Shown here one piece after another: positions 9,375 through 18,652 of a stretch of 64,000 bases of DNA. A program made the position numbers and the translations under genes. The stretch lies in IMG/VR virus record IMGVR_UViG_3300037245_003526, positions 88,297 to 152,296 of that record; one strand, given 5' to 3'. The notes beneath the pieces were generated by a model. It had not been told where the DNA came from. It worked only from the letters and a program-made list of their open reading frames with translations, and did not search any database. The DNA comes from a virus. The number at the start of each line of letters is the position of its first letter. The first letter of the stretch is position 1.

Positions 9375-10363
9375 TATTTTCCCCCGTTAATATTTTCAAA
9401 ATATAAACCAACAGTCTGAATGATTTCCATTACCATAGAAGTGAAATGCATCTGAGGAACTAAACAACTTTGAAATGTATTAGAATATTTATTAACTACT
9501 ATTTTAGCAGGTACTGGTATTTGAGGGCTCTTAAATAAATCATAAAAAATCTTTCTATATTCCAAATCATGTTTATCTAATGTATTATTTATTACAGAAA
9601 TTTCTTTATTTATTTTATGTCTTTGTTTATTCTTTATATGATTTGTTATTTCTATAACTGCTGCTATTAATGTTTTTTCAGATGTTAATGCTATATCCCT
9701 ATTTACTTTAACAGTTCCACTACCTGAGCTTCTTTGTAATGTACTTACTATTTTTCTTACATCAGGATATAATTGATCTATAATAAATTGTAAATCTTTT
9801 TCTTTATACTTAATTTTTTCTGATTTAAGAATATTATTACAATAGTTAATTATAAATGCTACAGGTATTCTCTTAAATTCATACTCATTGAATCTTGATC
9901 TAACTGCTTCAGGAATCTTTGAAATATAATTACATGTTATAATAAATCGTCCATATTTAATTTGATATTTTTCAATAACTCCTCTTAAAGATGAAAATGC
10001 TGCTTCAGTTAAATGATCACCCTCATCTATAAAAACTATTTTATATTTATCACCTCCTGCTGGGGGAATTTTCAGAAAAGGTTCAATAACATTCTGAACA
10101 AAATTAATACCCCTTGCCTCTTGAGCTGAACCATTTAATTTTAATAAATTTGCATTAGGAATTTGTAACACTCCTGACGTTGAACATATTATTCTTGCAA
10201 GAGTAGTTTTACCTCCGCCTGGATCTCCATTAAGAAGTATATTAGGTATTTCTTTTGTCTTAAAGAATTTATTAATTTCTTCCTGATATACTTCCGGTAA
10301 AACTATATCCTTTATATCTGCTGGTCTAAATTTTTCAATCCATAGTGTTTGCTCTATATTCAC
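9374..10363 (-). CDS. clamp loader ATPase (RFC small subunit / T4 gp44-like)
   Basis: WIEKFRP N-terminal box, Walker A GDPGGGKTT, Walker B IVFIDEGD, and SRF sensor. Confidence 0.65.
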   Translation of the reverse strand: MNIEQTLWIEKFRPADIKDIVLPEVYQEEINKFFKTKEIPNILLNGDPGGGKTTLARIICSTSGVLQIPNANLLKLNGSAQEARGINFVQNVIEPFLKIPPAGGDKYKIVFIDEGDHLTEAAFSSLRGVIEKYQIKYGRFIITCNYISKIPEAVRSRFNEYEFKRIPVAFIINYCNNILKSEKIKYKEKDLQFIIDQLYPDVRKIVSTLQRSSGSGTVKVNRDIALTSEKTLIAAVIEITNHIKNKQRHKINKEISVINNTLDKHDLEYRKIFYDLFKSPQIPVPAKIVVNKYSNTFQSCLVPQMHFTSMVMEIIQTVGLYFENINGGK

Positions 10364-10375
10364 TTTTATAATCTC

Positions 10376-10828
10376 CTATTCAAAACTACCATATGTTCGA
10401 TAACTAATTCGTAGCTCCATTAATATTTTTCCTAACATATTTCTACCTGTCATTAAACATTCATCTCTACCACATAAACAGTTTCCAAAAATATTATCAT
10501 GATGCTTATTACCCTCAATTAAAAATTCTGGATGTGTTTCAAGTAATTTATTTCTCATTGGTGAATAAGAAAATTTTTCTTTTAAAATTTCTTTCATAAT
10601 ATAAAATTTCACTCCTTCCCAATCATCTCTAAGAGTAACTTTTTGTCCTAAATTTTTAGCATCTCTTGGAGAAACAGCTTCAGAAATCTGTATTTTTTCA
10701 TTAATATCTCTACATTTTTCTGCTTGATAAGCATGTTCAGAAGTAGGATATGTAAAATAATTATAAGTAACAGGTGATCTATAAAAATTACTTAAGAAAA
10801 AATATTTTCCTCTGAAATTAGATATCAT
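10376..10828 (-). CDS. NADAR (YbiA-like) domain protein
   Basis: FLSNFY ... EHAYQAEK ... KNLG ... W ... GRNMLGKILMELR. This is the characteristic NADAR signature. Confidence 0.5.
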   Translation of the reverse strand: MISNFRGKYFFLSNFYRSPVTYNYFTYPTSEHAYQAEKCRDINEKIQISEAVSPRDAKNLGQKVTLRDDWEGVKFYIMKEILKEKFSYSPMRNKLLETHPEFLIEGNKHHDNIFGNCLCGRDECLMTGRNMLGKILMELRISYRTYGSFE

Positions 10829-11154
10829 TACTCCTCCTTATAGTCATCTATTATATTAACCAATTTAATAATTATAAATTGAAATAGCTTTTTTGTATCT
10901 TTAATTTCTTTATTTTCTACTTGAGAAATAATTATATCTCTCAAAGGTTTGAATAAAGATTCAAAATCTATTCCACCTTCTTTAGTATTATACATAGGTG
11001 CTATATTTGATTGAGGTTGTATTGGTGTTTGTATTTTGGGACCATTATGAACTTGATCTTCTGGAAGAGGTTCTTTTATAGGACATCTCCCATCTGCTAA
11101 TATTGGATGATAAAAACTACATTTATCACATTTCGGACTACTTATTTCTGACAT
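10828..11154 (-). CDS. hypothetical protein
   Basis: 108-aa ORF; ATGA overlap with the upstream gene. Confidence 0.4.
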   Translation of the reverse strand: MSEISSPKCDKCSFYHPILADGRCPIKEPLPEDQVHNGPKIQTPIQPQSNIAPMYNTKEGGIDFESLFKPLRDIIISQVENKEIKDTKKLFQFIIIKLVNIIDDYKEE

Positions 11155-11212
11155 TTAAATCTCCTTTTTATTATATATTTGTTATGTTTAAATGAAAAAA
11201 TGACTTGTTGTT

Positions 11213-12514
11213 TTAAAAGAAATCATACACTACAAATAATTTTTCTTTTGCTCTAGTAGCAGCAGTATATAACCATCTTTTATAATCATCATCATTTTGA
11301 TAACTATTTCTCTGTACAAATAGAATAACCCTATTCCATTCACTACCCTGCGATTTATGAACAGTTGTACAATATCCATAATCAAAAAAGTCCACCTGTG
11401 AACATTTACTACGTTTAATAGCAGATTTATATTCATCATGAGTATGATCAAATATATCATTATAACTTTCTTGTCCGAAACAATCTGTATTTACTAAACA
11501 GTCATAATAATTTTCTTCGTCGTCATCCATTTGAACTGTCATTGTTGATAATTCTTTTTCGAAAGGTAATGACCATACAACATTACCTAATTGACCATTC
11601 ATAACTCCCATTTCATGGTTGTTTCGTAGGCATATAACCCTTTCACCAGGATATATATCTTCGACCTCAAAACCAATGTTTTTACGAATATGTGTATTTA
11701 ATTTTACCCTACTTTTATTAAAACCACATAAACAAATTACATCTTTGTCAAATGTAATACTATTAAATACATCACGACATTGTTGATTTTGCCAGTTCAT
11801 TCCAAAGACTTCTTTATTATCTAAAGTAGGCAACGGAACGTGAATTTCTCCATATTTTCTTATGTCTTGAGATAGTTGAATAATTGGATTTGATTCTGCT
11901 TGTCTGTGAATTTTTTTAAGGGTTAGTATTGGTTTTTCCATCAGGTTGAATTTAGATCCAATGGGTGGGAGTTGACCATGATCACCTACTGCTATAATAG
12001 GTACATCATAAGAAAGTAAATCTCTCCATATGTCATGGTTTACCATAGATGCTTCATCAATTATTATTAAATCAACATACTGAAGATCATCTACTTTTTC
12101 CCAATGACTTATTACTTTCTTTCCTTGACTATTCATCCTAGTTACAGGTCTATACATTAAACTATGAATAGTACCTATTAAATTACTTTCAGGTTGTGCT
12201 CTAACTACTCCTTTTTTTGATTTACTATATGTATATTTTACTGATTCAGTTTCTATAACTCCTTTAAGTTTTTTCTTAAGCACTGAAGCAGCTTTTCCTG
12301 TGTAAGCGCAAAATGCTACTTTAAATTTATTATTTTTATTCTTTGGTTTATATCCTCTTTTCTTTTCAATGTAATCAGCTAAAAAAGAAATGAGAGTTGT
12401 TTTCCCAGTACCTGCATAACCACCAATAGTAATATAAGGATCATAACCATTATTATACCATTTTACTACTTTATCACATACACTTTTCTGTTCTTCACTT
12501 AATTCAATAGTCAT
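11213..12514 (-). CDS. SF1 DNA helicase (Dda/RecD-like)
   Basis: Walker A GYAGTGKTT, Walker B IIIDEASMV, and C-terminal TVHKSQGSEW motif. Confidence 0.65.
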   Translation of the reverse strand: MTIELSEEQKSVCDKVVKWYNNGYDPYITIGGYAGTGKTTLISFLADYIEKKRGYKPKNKNNKFKVAFCAYTGKAASVLKKKLKGVIETESVKYTYSKSKKGVVRAQPESNLIGTIHSLMYRPVTRMNSQGKKVISHWEKVDDLQYVDLIIIDEASMVNHDIWRDLLSYDVPIIAVGDHGQLPPIGSKFNLMEKPILTLKKIHRQAESNPIIQLSQDIRKYGEIHVPLPTLDNKEVFGMNWQNQQCRDVFNSITFDKDVICLCGFNKSRVKLNTHIRKNIGFEVEDIYPGERVICLRNNHEMGVMNGQLGNVVWSLPFEKELSTMTVQMDDDEENYYDCLVNTDCFGQESYNDIFDHTHDEYKSAIKRSKCSQVDFFDYGYCTTVHKSQGSEWNRVILFVQRNSYQNDDDYKRWLYTAATRAKEKLFVVYDFF

Positions 12515-12538
12515 CTATTCACCTTTCTTTTTTTTTGT

Positions 12539-12700
12539 TTAAATTATCCACATAATCATTTTACCTATTCCTATTGTCCATGGAACTAAACCAAATAAAA
12601 CTACACATAAAATAAATACAACTATACCAGTTCTTATTACCCAATCAGGTATATTATCATCAGAAAAATTATCATCCTCTAAAACTTTTTCACTACTCAT
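12539..12700 (-). CDS. small membrane protein (53 aa)
   Basis: Not in the ORF track. Manual translation: MSSEKVLEDDNFSDDNIPDWVIRTGIVVFILCVVLFGLVPWTIGIGKMIMWII. RBS GAGGAGG lies 5 nt upstream. Confidence 0.35.
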   Translation of the reverse strand: MSSEKVLEDDNFSDDNIPDWVIRTGIVVFILCVVLFGLVPWTIGIGKMIMWII

Positions 12701-12826
12701 TACAAACCTCCTCATTTTTAATTTGTTCCCATAATCAATTTTATATACTCATTTAAAATAAGTTATTTTTTTGAAATTTAGTAACATATTAATGAGAAAA
12801 TAGAGTAAATTTTTGAAAGGAGACTA

Positions 12827-13744
12827 ATGAATATAATTACAGAAAAAAGTATAAATAAAAATGTGTTTCCAGTAAAGAAAACTGGACCAAGAGAAAAATT
12901 TAAAAAGGGTGAATGTGTTTTCAGAGCTGAAGAAGGTTCTGAATGGGATCATAATTGTTATAAACTTATAGATTTTTTATCTACAAAATTAATGGAAGAA
13001 ATATTATGTGAACACGGAATATGGGAAATTGAAGATAGTTTTATTCAAGATGATTTCTTTCTATTAGATTGTGATGTGTATAATACTGATACTATGGAAA
13101 GAATTCGTAATAGTGATGTGTATAATAAAGTTATAACAGTTCATGGTTATGAATTATTAGATAGTCCACAGTTTAAAAATTGGGAAAGTAAAAGAATAAA
13201 ATCTATAATCGAAAAAGCTTCAAAATGTAAATTTAAAGGTAAACACAATTGCTTATCAAAAACAGAATCAAAAAAATATACTCTTAAAAAATCCCAAATT
13301 AATACTTTGAATTTTAATGCACCTTCTTGGAATTTATTTGATTATGAAGTTGATAATGGAACTAAAGGTAAGGATGGTAAATTTTATAATCTAAAATATA
13401 AATTTAAATTTGGTCCACAGTTTGATGGACAAATTCATAGTGTATTTTTTCTACATAATATTTATACAAAAGCATATGATGTACTTCCTGAAAATTTTTA
13501 TTCATTAACTCCGATTACTAGTAATTTTTATAGATTATATCTACTTGGTCTATATAGTAAAAATAAGAAAAAAGATATCAATGTACATATAGATTTTATT
13601 GAAGTTGCTAGATTATTAGGTTTAACAACTAAAAGTGTATCTCCTCTTAAACAAACTATAAAAAGAATCTTGAATGAACTTAAAAGTAAAGAATTTATTA
13701 AAGGATTTAAAAATAAAAAATCAGTATTCATAATATCAAAATAA
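12827..13744 (+). CDS. putative DNA-binding / replication-initiator-like protein
   Basis: First plus-strand gene after the strand switch. The C-terminus (IDFIEVARLLGLTTKSVSPLKQTIKRIL) looks like a winged helix. It is immediately followed by iterons. Confidence 0.3.
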   Translation: MNIITEKSINKNVFPVKKTGPREKFKKGECVFRAEEGSEWDHNCYKLIDFLSTKLMEEILCEHGIWEIEDSFIQDDFFLLDCDVYNTDTMERIRNSDVYNKVITVHGYELLDSPQFKNWESKRIKSIIEKASKCKFKGKHNCLSKTESKKYTLKKSQINTLNFNAPSWNLFDYEVDNGTKGKDGKFYNLKYKFKFGPQFDGQIHSVFFLHNIYTKAYDVLPENFYSLTPITSNFYRLYLLGLYSKNKKKDINVHIDFIEVARLLGLTTKSVSPLKQTIKRILNELKSKEFIKGFKNKKSVFIISK

Positions 13745-14250
13745 AAGGTGAGACTGAGGGTATATAAAGGTACACATGAGGGTATGAAAAGGTACACATG
13801 AGGGTATATAAAGGTACACATGAGGGTATATAAAGGTACACATTAAGGTGATTTTTTCCTGTTATTTAATAATAATATTAACCTGTTGAAGCTCCTAAAG
13901 CTTTTTTAAACTAAAAAAGCTTATAAAGAGTTCTAAAACTTATTTTAAATAATTAAATATATATTTTTATGTTATATTGAATTAGTATTTTAAATGGGTA
14001 TAATATAGAGATTATAATTAGGATTTTTGGGATTACTTTAATTAAAACCTTAAGTATATAAAAGAGATTCAAATGATATTATCTAGGTAATGCATAAATT
14101 CAAAATATCTAGATTATAAAATTTGATTTTGAGGTAGTATACACTAACCCCTTCCTCCACGTCTGGAACGTGTCAGGGGGTAAGAACTTATTGAATTGAA
14201 TAGGAACAAATAATAAATATATGAATAGAGTATTGACGAAAGGAGCAACT
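13745..14250. promoter_or_regulatory. candidate replication origin and divergent promoter region (iterons plus AT-rich tract)
   Basis: About 500 bp non-coding. It has the iterons, a weak hairpin AAAGCTTTTTT/AAAAAAGCTT at 13897-13922, and a >300-bp tract of very high AT content. It sits at the strand switch. Confidence 0.35.
13756..13843. repeat. 4 tandem 22-bp direct repeats (iterons); unit GAGGGTATATAAAGGTACACAT
   Basis: Read directly. Copies at 13756, 13778 (2 mismatches), 13800 and 13822. Flanked by AAGGTGA at both ends. Confidence 0.8.
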
Positions 14251-14251
14251 A

Positions 14252-16252
14252 ATGAGTTTCAACAATGAAGATGTAATGTGGGTTAACCAGGGATTAATGT
14301 CATACAAAGATAAACGATATCATTCTGATGGTTATTTTGAAATGAATGTAACTTCAACTACTAAAGATTATATTAACTTCAGTCAACCGAGATTAAGTTT
14401 AGTAATAGATAATGAAGGAAAGAGAAGAATAGCAAGTTTAAGTCTTACAAATGTTTTAGAATTATTAAACTCTTTCAACGAGGTTTCAAAAAATATTAAA
14501 GAAGTATATCAAAATCCTAATCAAGGTGACATAACCAAAAGATTCAACAAGAATAAAGATCTTATATTCGAGTATAGAGTTGAACAAAATACAAAAGAAC
14601 CTTTAGTAGTAATAAAGATTTCATTTGGATATTCAGATGAAGGTAAAGTGATAGTTCCATATAGTTTAGAATATATGGTAATTGGAAAATTACTAAGATC
14701 ATTTTATGAAAATTATAGTAATTGGTGTGTGAATTTACCTATGAGATATCTTACAGGTCAACAGCTATTAGAATCAAAATTACAAACAACTTTAATAAAG
14801 ACATTACCCTCGCAAATAATCCCGGTAGAAACAACACTTGAAGTACGACCAGATTATTCCGCTACTGGATTGCGCGAGATCCCACCACCTGAGAATGCTG
14901 CACCAGAAAAAACTACTGAAGTCCAACTCGAAGTATCAATGGACGAATTTGATTCATTTGTAAAAACTGAAGAACCAAAAGTAGTAATTCCTGAATTGGA
15001 ATCTACAAAAGTTGATACTGATGAAAAACCTAAAACCCAAGAATTTAAAAGTAATTTTATTAACAAAATTTTGAAAGGTGATATTAAAGAATATGAAACT
15101 TTAATGTCAGCATCTATATCAACAGACAATCCACTTGAAGCAATACTTAAAACAATTGATCCAGATTTTAGTTCAAACAATAAAATGATTCTTTTACCTT
15201 CATTACCAGATAATGATCTTAAGTCAGCATTATATATTTCGAACGTATTTTTCAAAACACATTTTCATAGTTTAGTTAATAATGGTGATTGTCTTCCTAT
15301 AAGTGTTCCATTTGTTAAATATAAACCTGTTCAATTTTTTGATGAAAATAAAGAATTAGCATATGACATATGTATGATAAATTGTTATCTTAAATCATAT
15401 AGGAGTAGACGAGAAAATACAAATCCTGATAATTATACAAATGGAGCACTAACTTATTTTATTTCTCGTTGTTATCTTGATATTGTAACTTATAGTTTTT
15501 TGGAAGGTAATAAAGATATAATTAAAAACTGTATAGTATCAAGATTTAATTATTTTAAAGAAAAAGGATTTTTTAATTATTTTGATGAATTATTAAAAGA
15601 TAATAATTGTACTGAAATATCAGGTTATGAAATTGAGGAAATGTTAGAATTTATTTTAAGTGCAATACCTAACGAACCTAACATTTCAGAAGTACATATA
15701 ACTACTTATGAAAATGGTTCATTTAAAGCTCCACCAAAAAATAAGTTTACTATAGAACAAATATTAAATGATGTCGTTAATACTGAAGTTAAATTTAAGT
15801 ACGGAAAGAAGATTGAAGATCTTACTGAAAATCCAGATATAGTTGAATTATTTAAAAAATCAAAAAAGAAGAAATCAAAACCTAAAGAAGAAAAAACAAT
15901 GTCTTTAGATAAAGAAAAAGTTAATCAAGAAACAAATCTTTTACGATGGATTAAATTTAAAATTAATGAAGTTCCAGAAAAAACCCAAAAGAAATTTTCT
16001 AAATACATCGAAAAATTAGAAGATAATGAATATGATTTCTCAAATAATTTATTTCAAGAAGATGAATTTGGAGATAATATAGTTAAGGGTTTATATATAT
16101 GGAATTCAAGTCCTGAAAAGAAAATGAAATATACAGATTTTGCAGTTCAAATTGAAGAGTGTATTTCTAAAGATTTGATTCTTTCAAAGTTAAAAGAAAC
16201 TGAAAATTTAAAAGATACTACAGGAAGCGAATATGGAAATTGGGTAGAATAG
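14252..16252 (+). CDS. hypothetical protein (666 aa)
   Basis: RBS AAAGGAG. Contains an internal Pro/Glu-rich linker. No motif recognised. Confidence 0.45.
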   Translation: MSFNNEDVMWVNQGLMSYKDKRYHSDGYFEMNVTSTTKDYINFSQPRLSLVIDNEGKRRIASLSLTNVLELLNSFNEVSKNIKEVYQNPNQGDITKRFNKNKDLIFEYRVEQNTKEPLVVIKISFGYSDEGKVIVPYSLEYMVIGKLLRSFYENYSNWCVNLPMRYLTGQQLLESKLQTTLIKTLPSQIIPVETTLEVRPDYSATGLREIPPPENAAPEKTTEVQLEVSMDEFDSFVKTEEPKVVIPELESTKVDTDEKPKTQEFKSNFINKILKGDIKEYETLMSASISTDNPLEAILKTIDPDFSSNNKMILLPSLPDNDLKSALYISNVFFKTHFHSLVNNGDCLPISVPFVKYKPVQFFDENKELAYDICMINCYLKSYRSRRENTNPDNYTNGALTYFISRCYLDIVTYSFLEGNKDIIKNCIVSRFNYFKEKGFFNYFDELLKDNNCTEISGYEIEEMLEFILSAIPNEPNISEVHITTYENGSFKAPPKNKFTIEQILNDVVNTEVKFKYGKKIEDLTENPDIVELFKKSKKKKSKPKEEKTMSLDKEKVNQETNLLRWIKFKINEVPEKTQKKFSKYIEKLEDNEYDFSNNLFQEDEFGDNIVKGLYIWNSSPEKKMKYTDFAVQIEECISKDLILSKLKETENLKDTTGSEYGNWVE

Positions 16253-16274
16253 AATAAGAGAGAAAGGAGATTTA

Positions 16275-16895
16275 ATGGCACTTACACTAGGAAAAACATT
16301 TGATTGTAATTATTCAAGAAGAATTCCCTTTTTAGATGGATACTATAATATCGGTACTTTTTTTAATAAAAAATCACCGTTCTTGTTGTTCAGAGTAGAT
16401 CCTCAGTTTGAAGGAAAAAATATCTCAAGCTATGGTATTAAGATAAATATGTTTAAAAATCTGGAATCTTCAAAGTTTACTGAGACGTTTATAAACTTAC
16501 ATAATTTTAGAAAGTCTACTTTAGATATCATTAATCAATATGATTCTATTAAGTCAGATAATTATAATGATATAAGCTCATTTCTTAATGAGACAATAAA
16601 CTTATCTAAAGTAGATTTAGATGATAGAGTTTTATTTGATACATTAACACTTTATGGTTTTACTCTTACAGCTTTTAATAATGAATTTATATTTATAATA
16701 GCTGAAAGACAAAATATCATAAGAAAGTTAGGAAAAAAAGTTGTAAGATCTACAGGTATACAAATAGGAACATCAAGAGCATTAAATTTATTAAATGAAT
16801 TTCATAAAGAAAGTAATGTTTATGGAAAAAAAGGACTAGAACCAAAAACTATAATCCCATCTAATGAAAAGGAGGTAATCAATATTGATGATTAA
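16275..16895 (+). CDS. hypothetical protein
   Basis: 206-aa ORF with RBS AAAGGAG. Confidence 0.45.
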   Translation: MALTLGKTFDCNYSRRIPFLDGYYNIGTFFNKKSPFLLFRVDPQFEGKNISSYGIKINMFKNLESSKFTETFINLHNFRKSTLDIINQYDSIKSDNYNDISSFLNETINLSKVDLDDRVLFDTLTLYGFTLTAFNNEFIFIIAERQNIIRKLGKKVVRSTGIQIGTSRALNLLNEFHKESNVYGKKGLEPKTIIPSNEKEVINIDD

Positions 16896-16908
16896 GATTT
16901 AGTAGGAG

Positions 16909-17148
16909 GTGAAAATGTGTGCAATTAAAGCCGATAATTTTTGTGACGTTTGTAAAAAAGAATATGTAAACGGTTTATTAAATTGGGAGTATGAATTAGA
17001 AAGAAGTAGTCTTTACTGTAATAAATGTTATAAATTATACTTAGAAAAAATTATAAGAGCACACGATTCAGATGATTTTAAAAAAGAAAAAGCAGAAGTA
17101 AAATTAGATAATTTAAATAAATGGATGGAAGAAATAGATAAATATTAA
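16909..17148 (+). CDS. small zinc-ribbon protein
   Basis: CDVCKK ... CNKCYK. RBS AGGAGGTG. Confidence 0.45.
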   Translation: MKMCAIKADNFCDVCKKEYVNGLLNWEYELERSSLYCNKCYKLYLEKIIRAHDSDDFKKEKAEVKLDNLNKWMEEIDKY

Positions 17149-17161
17149 AGGAGGTGTTAAA

Positions 17162-17626
17162 ATGACACAAAAAATTAATAAAACATTCGTATCAATATTA
17201 TTATCAATAGCATTATTATTTTCAGGATGTGCTATGTTTGAAGCAATGACACCTGAAGAAGAAGCAACATTTGATATGACCTTAAAAGTTGCATCAAAAC
17301 ATATTGCTTATGAAATAGCACAGAAAAACCCAGAGGATGCACAAAAATTTAATATGTTCGTAGATCAAACTTTAACAGCTTTAAATGGTCAGGGACAACC
17401 TATTGATATAGCTGTTAATGCACTAGTAACATATTTAGTAAATTCATGTGATGATGAAATAATTGCATCTGATCTTGGAGATCTATTAAAAATGGTATTA
17501 GGTGCTGATGGAATTGTATTAAATCTTGAAAATAAAGATCTAGATAAAATATTAGAAAAAGTTAAAATTATGCTTCAAGGTATGAAAGCAGGTCTGGCAT
17601 TATCAAGAGATATTATAAGAACATAA
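17162..17626 (+). CDS. lipoprotein
   Basis: Signal peptide with lipobox LLFSGC. RBS AGGAGGTG. Confidence 0.5.
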   Translation: MTQKINKTFVSILLSIALLFSGCAMFEAMTPEEEATFDMTLKVASKHIAYEIAQKNPEDAQKFNMFVDQTLTALNGQGQPIDIAVNALVTYLVNSCDDEIIASDLGDLLKMVLGADGIVLNLENKDLDKILEKVKIMLQGMKAGLALSRDIIRT

Positions 17627-17638
17627 TAATTAGTTTTT

Positions 17639-17690
17639 GAGTCGGAGTAACATTATTATTTAAAGTTACTCCGACTCTGTTCCGTTGTCT
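17639..17690 (+). terminator. rho-independent terminator
   Basis: Perfect 13-bp stem GAGTCGGAGTAAC / GTTACTCCGACTC, followed by a T-rich tail. Confidence 0.55.
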
Positions 17691-17749
17691 TTTATCCAAG
17701 TTAATATAGAACAAAATATAAAATATACCTATTATGGAGGACTAACGTA

Positions 17750-17926
17750 ATGACCTATCAAGAATACTTTAAAAATAAATTGAAACAACGTGGTGTTTCT
17801 TCACCAATGCAACTAGATAAAGATGAACGAAAAAAATTCTTTGATGATATTAAAGCTGGTTGGGCAAAACAAAAAGGAACTGTAAATGTAGCAGAAAATT
17901 ATTTAAAACATCTTTTTACAAATTAG
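17750..17926 (+). CDS. small hypothetical protein (58 aa)
   Basis: Not in the track. MTYQEYFKNKLKQRGVSSPMQLDKDERKKFFDDIKAGWAKQKGTVNVAENYLKHLFTN. RBS GGAGGA. Confidence 0.4.
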   Translation: MTYQEYFKNKLKQRGVSSPMQLDKDERKKFFDDIKAGWAKQKGTVNVAENYLKHLFTN

Positions 17927-17937
17927 GAGAGTTAAAA

Positions 17938-18243
17938 ATGGATATTATAGAAGAATATCTTGCTTACCTAAATGAAGCTGGTTTTGAGAAGATGCCTAAA
18001 GGTTGGACTAAAAAAAGTGTTAAAAAAGCAGGAGTAACTATCGCTAAAGATGTAGGAGAAAAAGATCCAAAAGAAAAAGGTTTTTTCAAAAAATGCGTTA
18101 AGAAAATGAGAGGTAATATTGATAATCCTGAAGGGTATTGTGCCGCTTTGAAAGATGAAAGTTTTGGCTCTACATATTGGCGTGGGAAAGGAAAGACTAA
18201 AAAACAAACAACAAAAATTGTAGCAAGACATAGGAATGTATAG
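17938..18243 (+). CDS. Lys-rich hypothetical protein
   Basis: Start set at the ATG (MDIIEEYL) behind RBS AGGAGAG. The track's upstream extension lacks an RBS. Confidence 0.4.
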   Translation: MDIIEEYLAYLNEAGFEKMPKGWTKKSVKKAGVTIAKDVGEKDPKEKGFFKKCVKKMRGNIDNPEGYCAALKDESFGSTYWRGKGKTKKQTTKIVARHRNV

Positions 18244-18253
18244 GAGAAGCATA

Positions 18254-18652
18254 ATGTTGAATAAATATTTACATATGCTATATGAACAATCTTCTGAAGA
18301 TCTAATAACTCAAAAAATAATAGATTTTTTTATAAAAAATCCATATCCAAAAGATGATATAGTACATGACCTTGCTGAAGAATTAGGTATAGATCCTGAT
18401 GATTTTGAGTCTAAAATATATGCAATTCTTAGTTCTTTTTTATCATTTGGAAGATTTAATGAAGAAGGAATGAAAGAAAGTGATTTTGATTCTGAACAAA
18501 TACGAATGGGAATAGAAGTGGAATATGAACATACAAAAAGTCCTATTATTTCAAAAAGAATTGCATTAGATCATCTTACAGAGTTCTCTGATTATTACAC
18601 CCGTTTGAAAAAAATGGAAGATGAAGCTGAAGAGGAACTTGGAGGAGATTAA
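18254..18652 (+). CDS. acidic hypothetical protein
   Basis: Start at the ATG with RBS AGGAG 8 nt upstream. Its stop overlaps the giant gene's start (TAATG). Confidence 0.4.
   Translation: MLNKYLHMLYEQSSEDLITQKIIDFFIKNPYPKDDIVHDLAEELGIDPDDFESKIYAILSSFLSFGRFNEEGMKESDFDSEQIRMGIEVEYEHTKSPIISKRIALDHLTEFSDYYTRLKKMEDEAEEELGGD

Noticed and set aside
13756-13843. Possible CRISPR array
   Set aside because: The 22-bp repeats are directly abutting with no spacers, so they are iterons rather than a CRISPR array. No cas genes are present.
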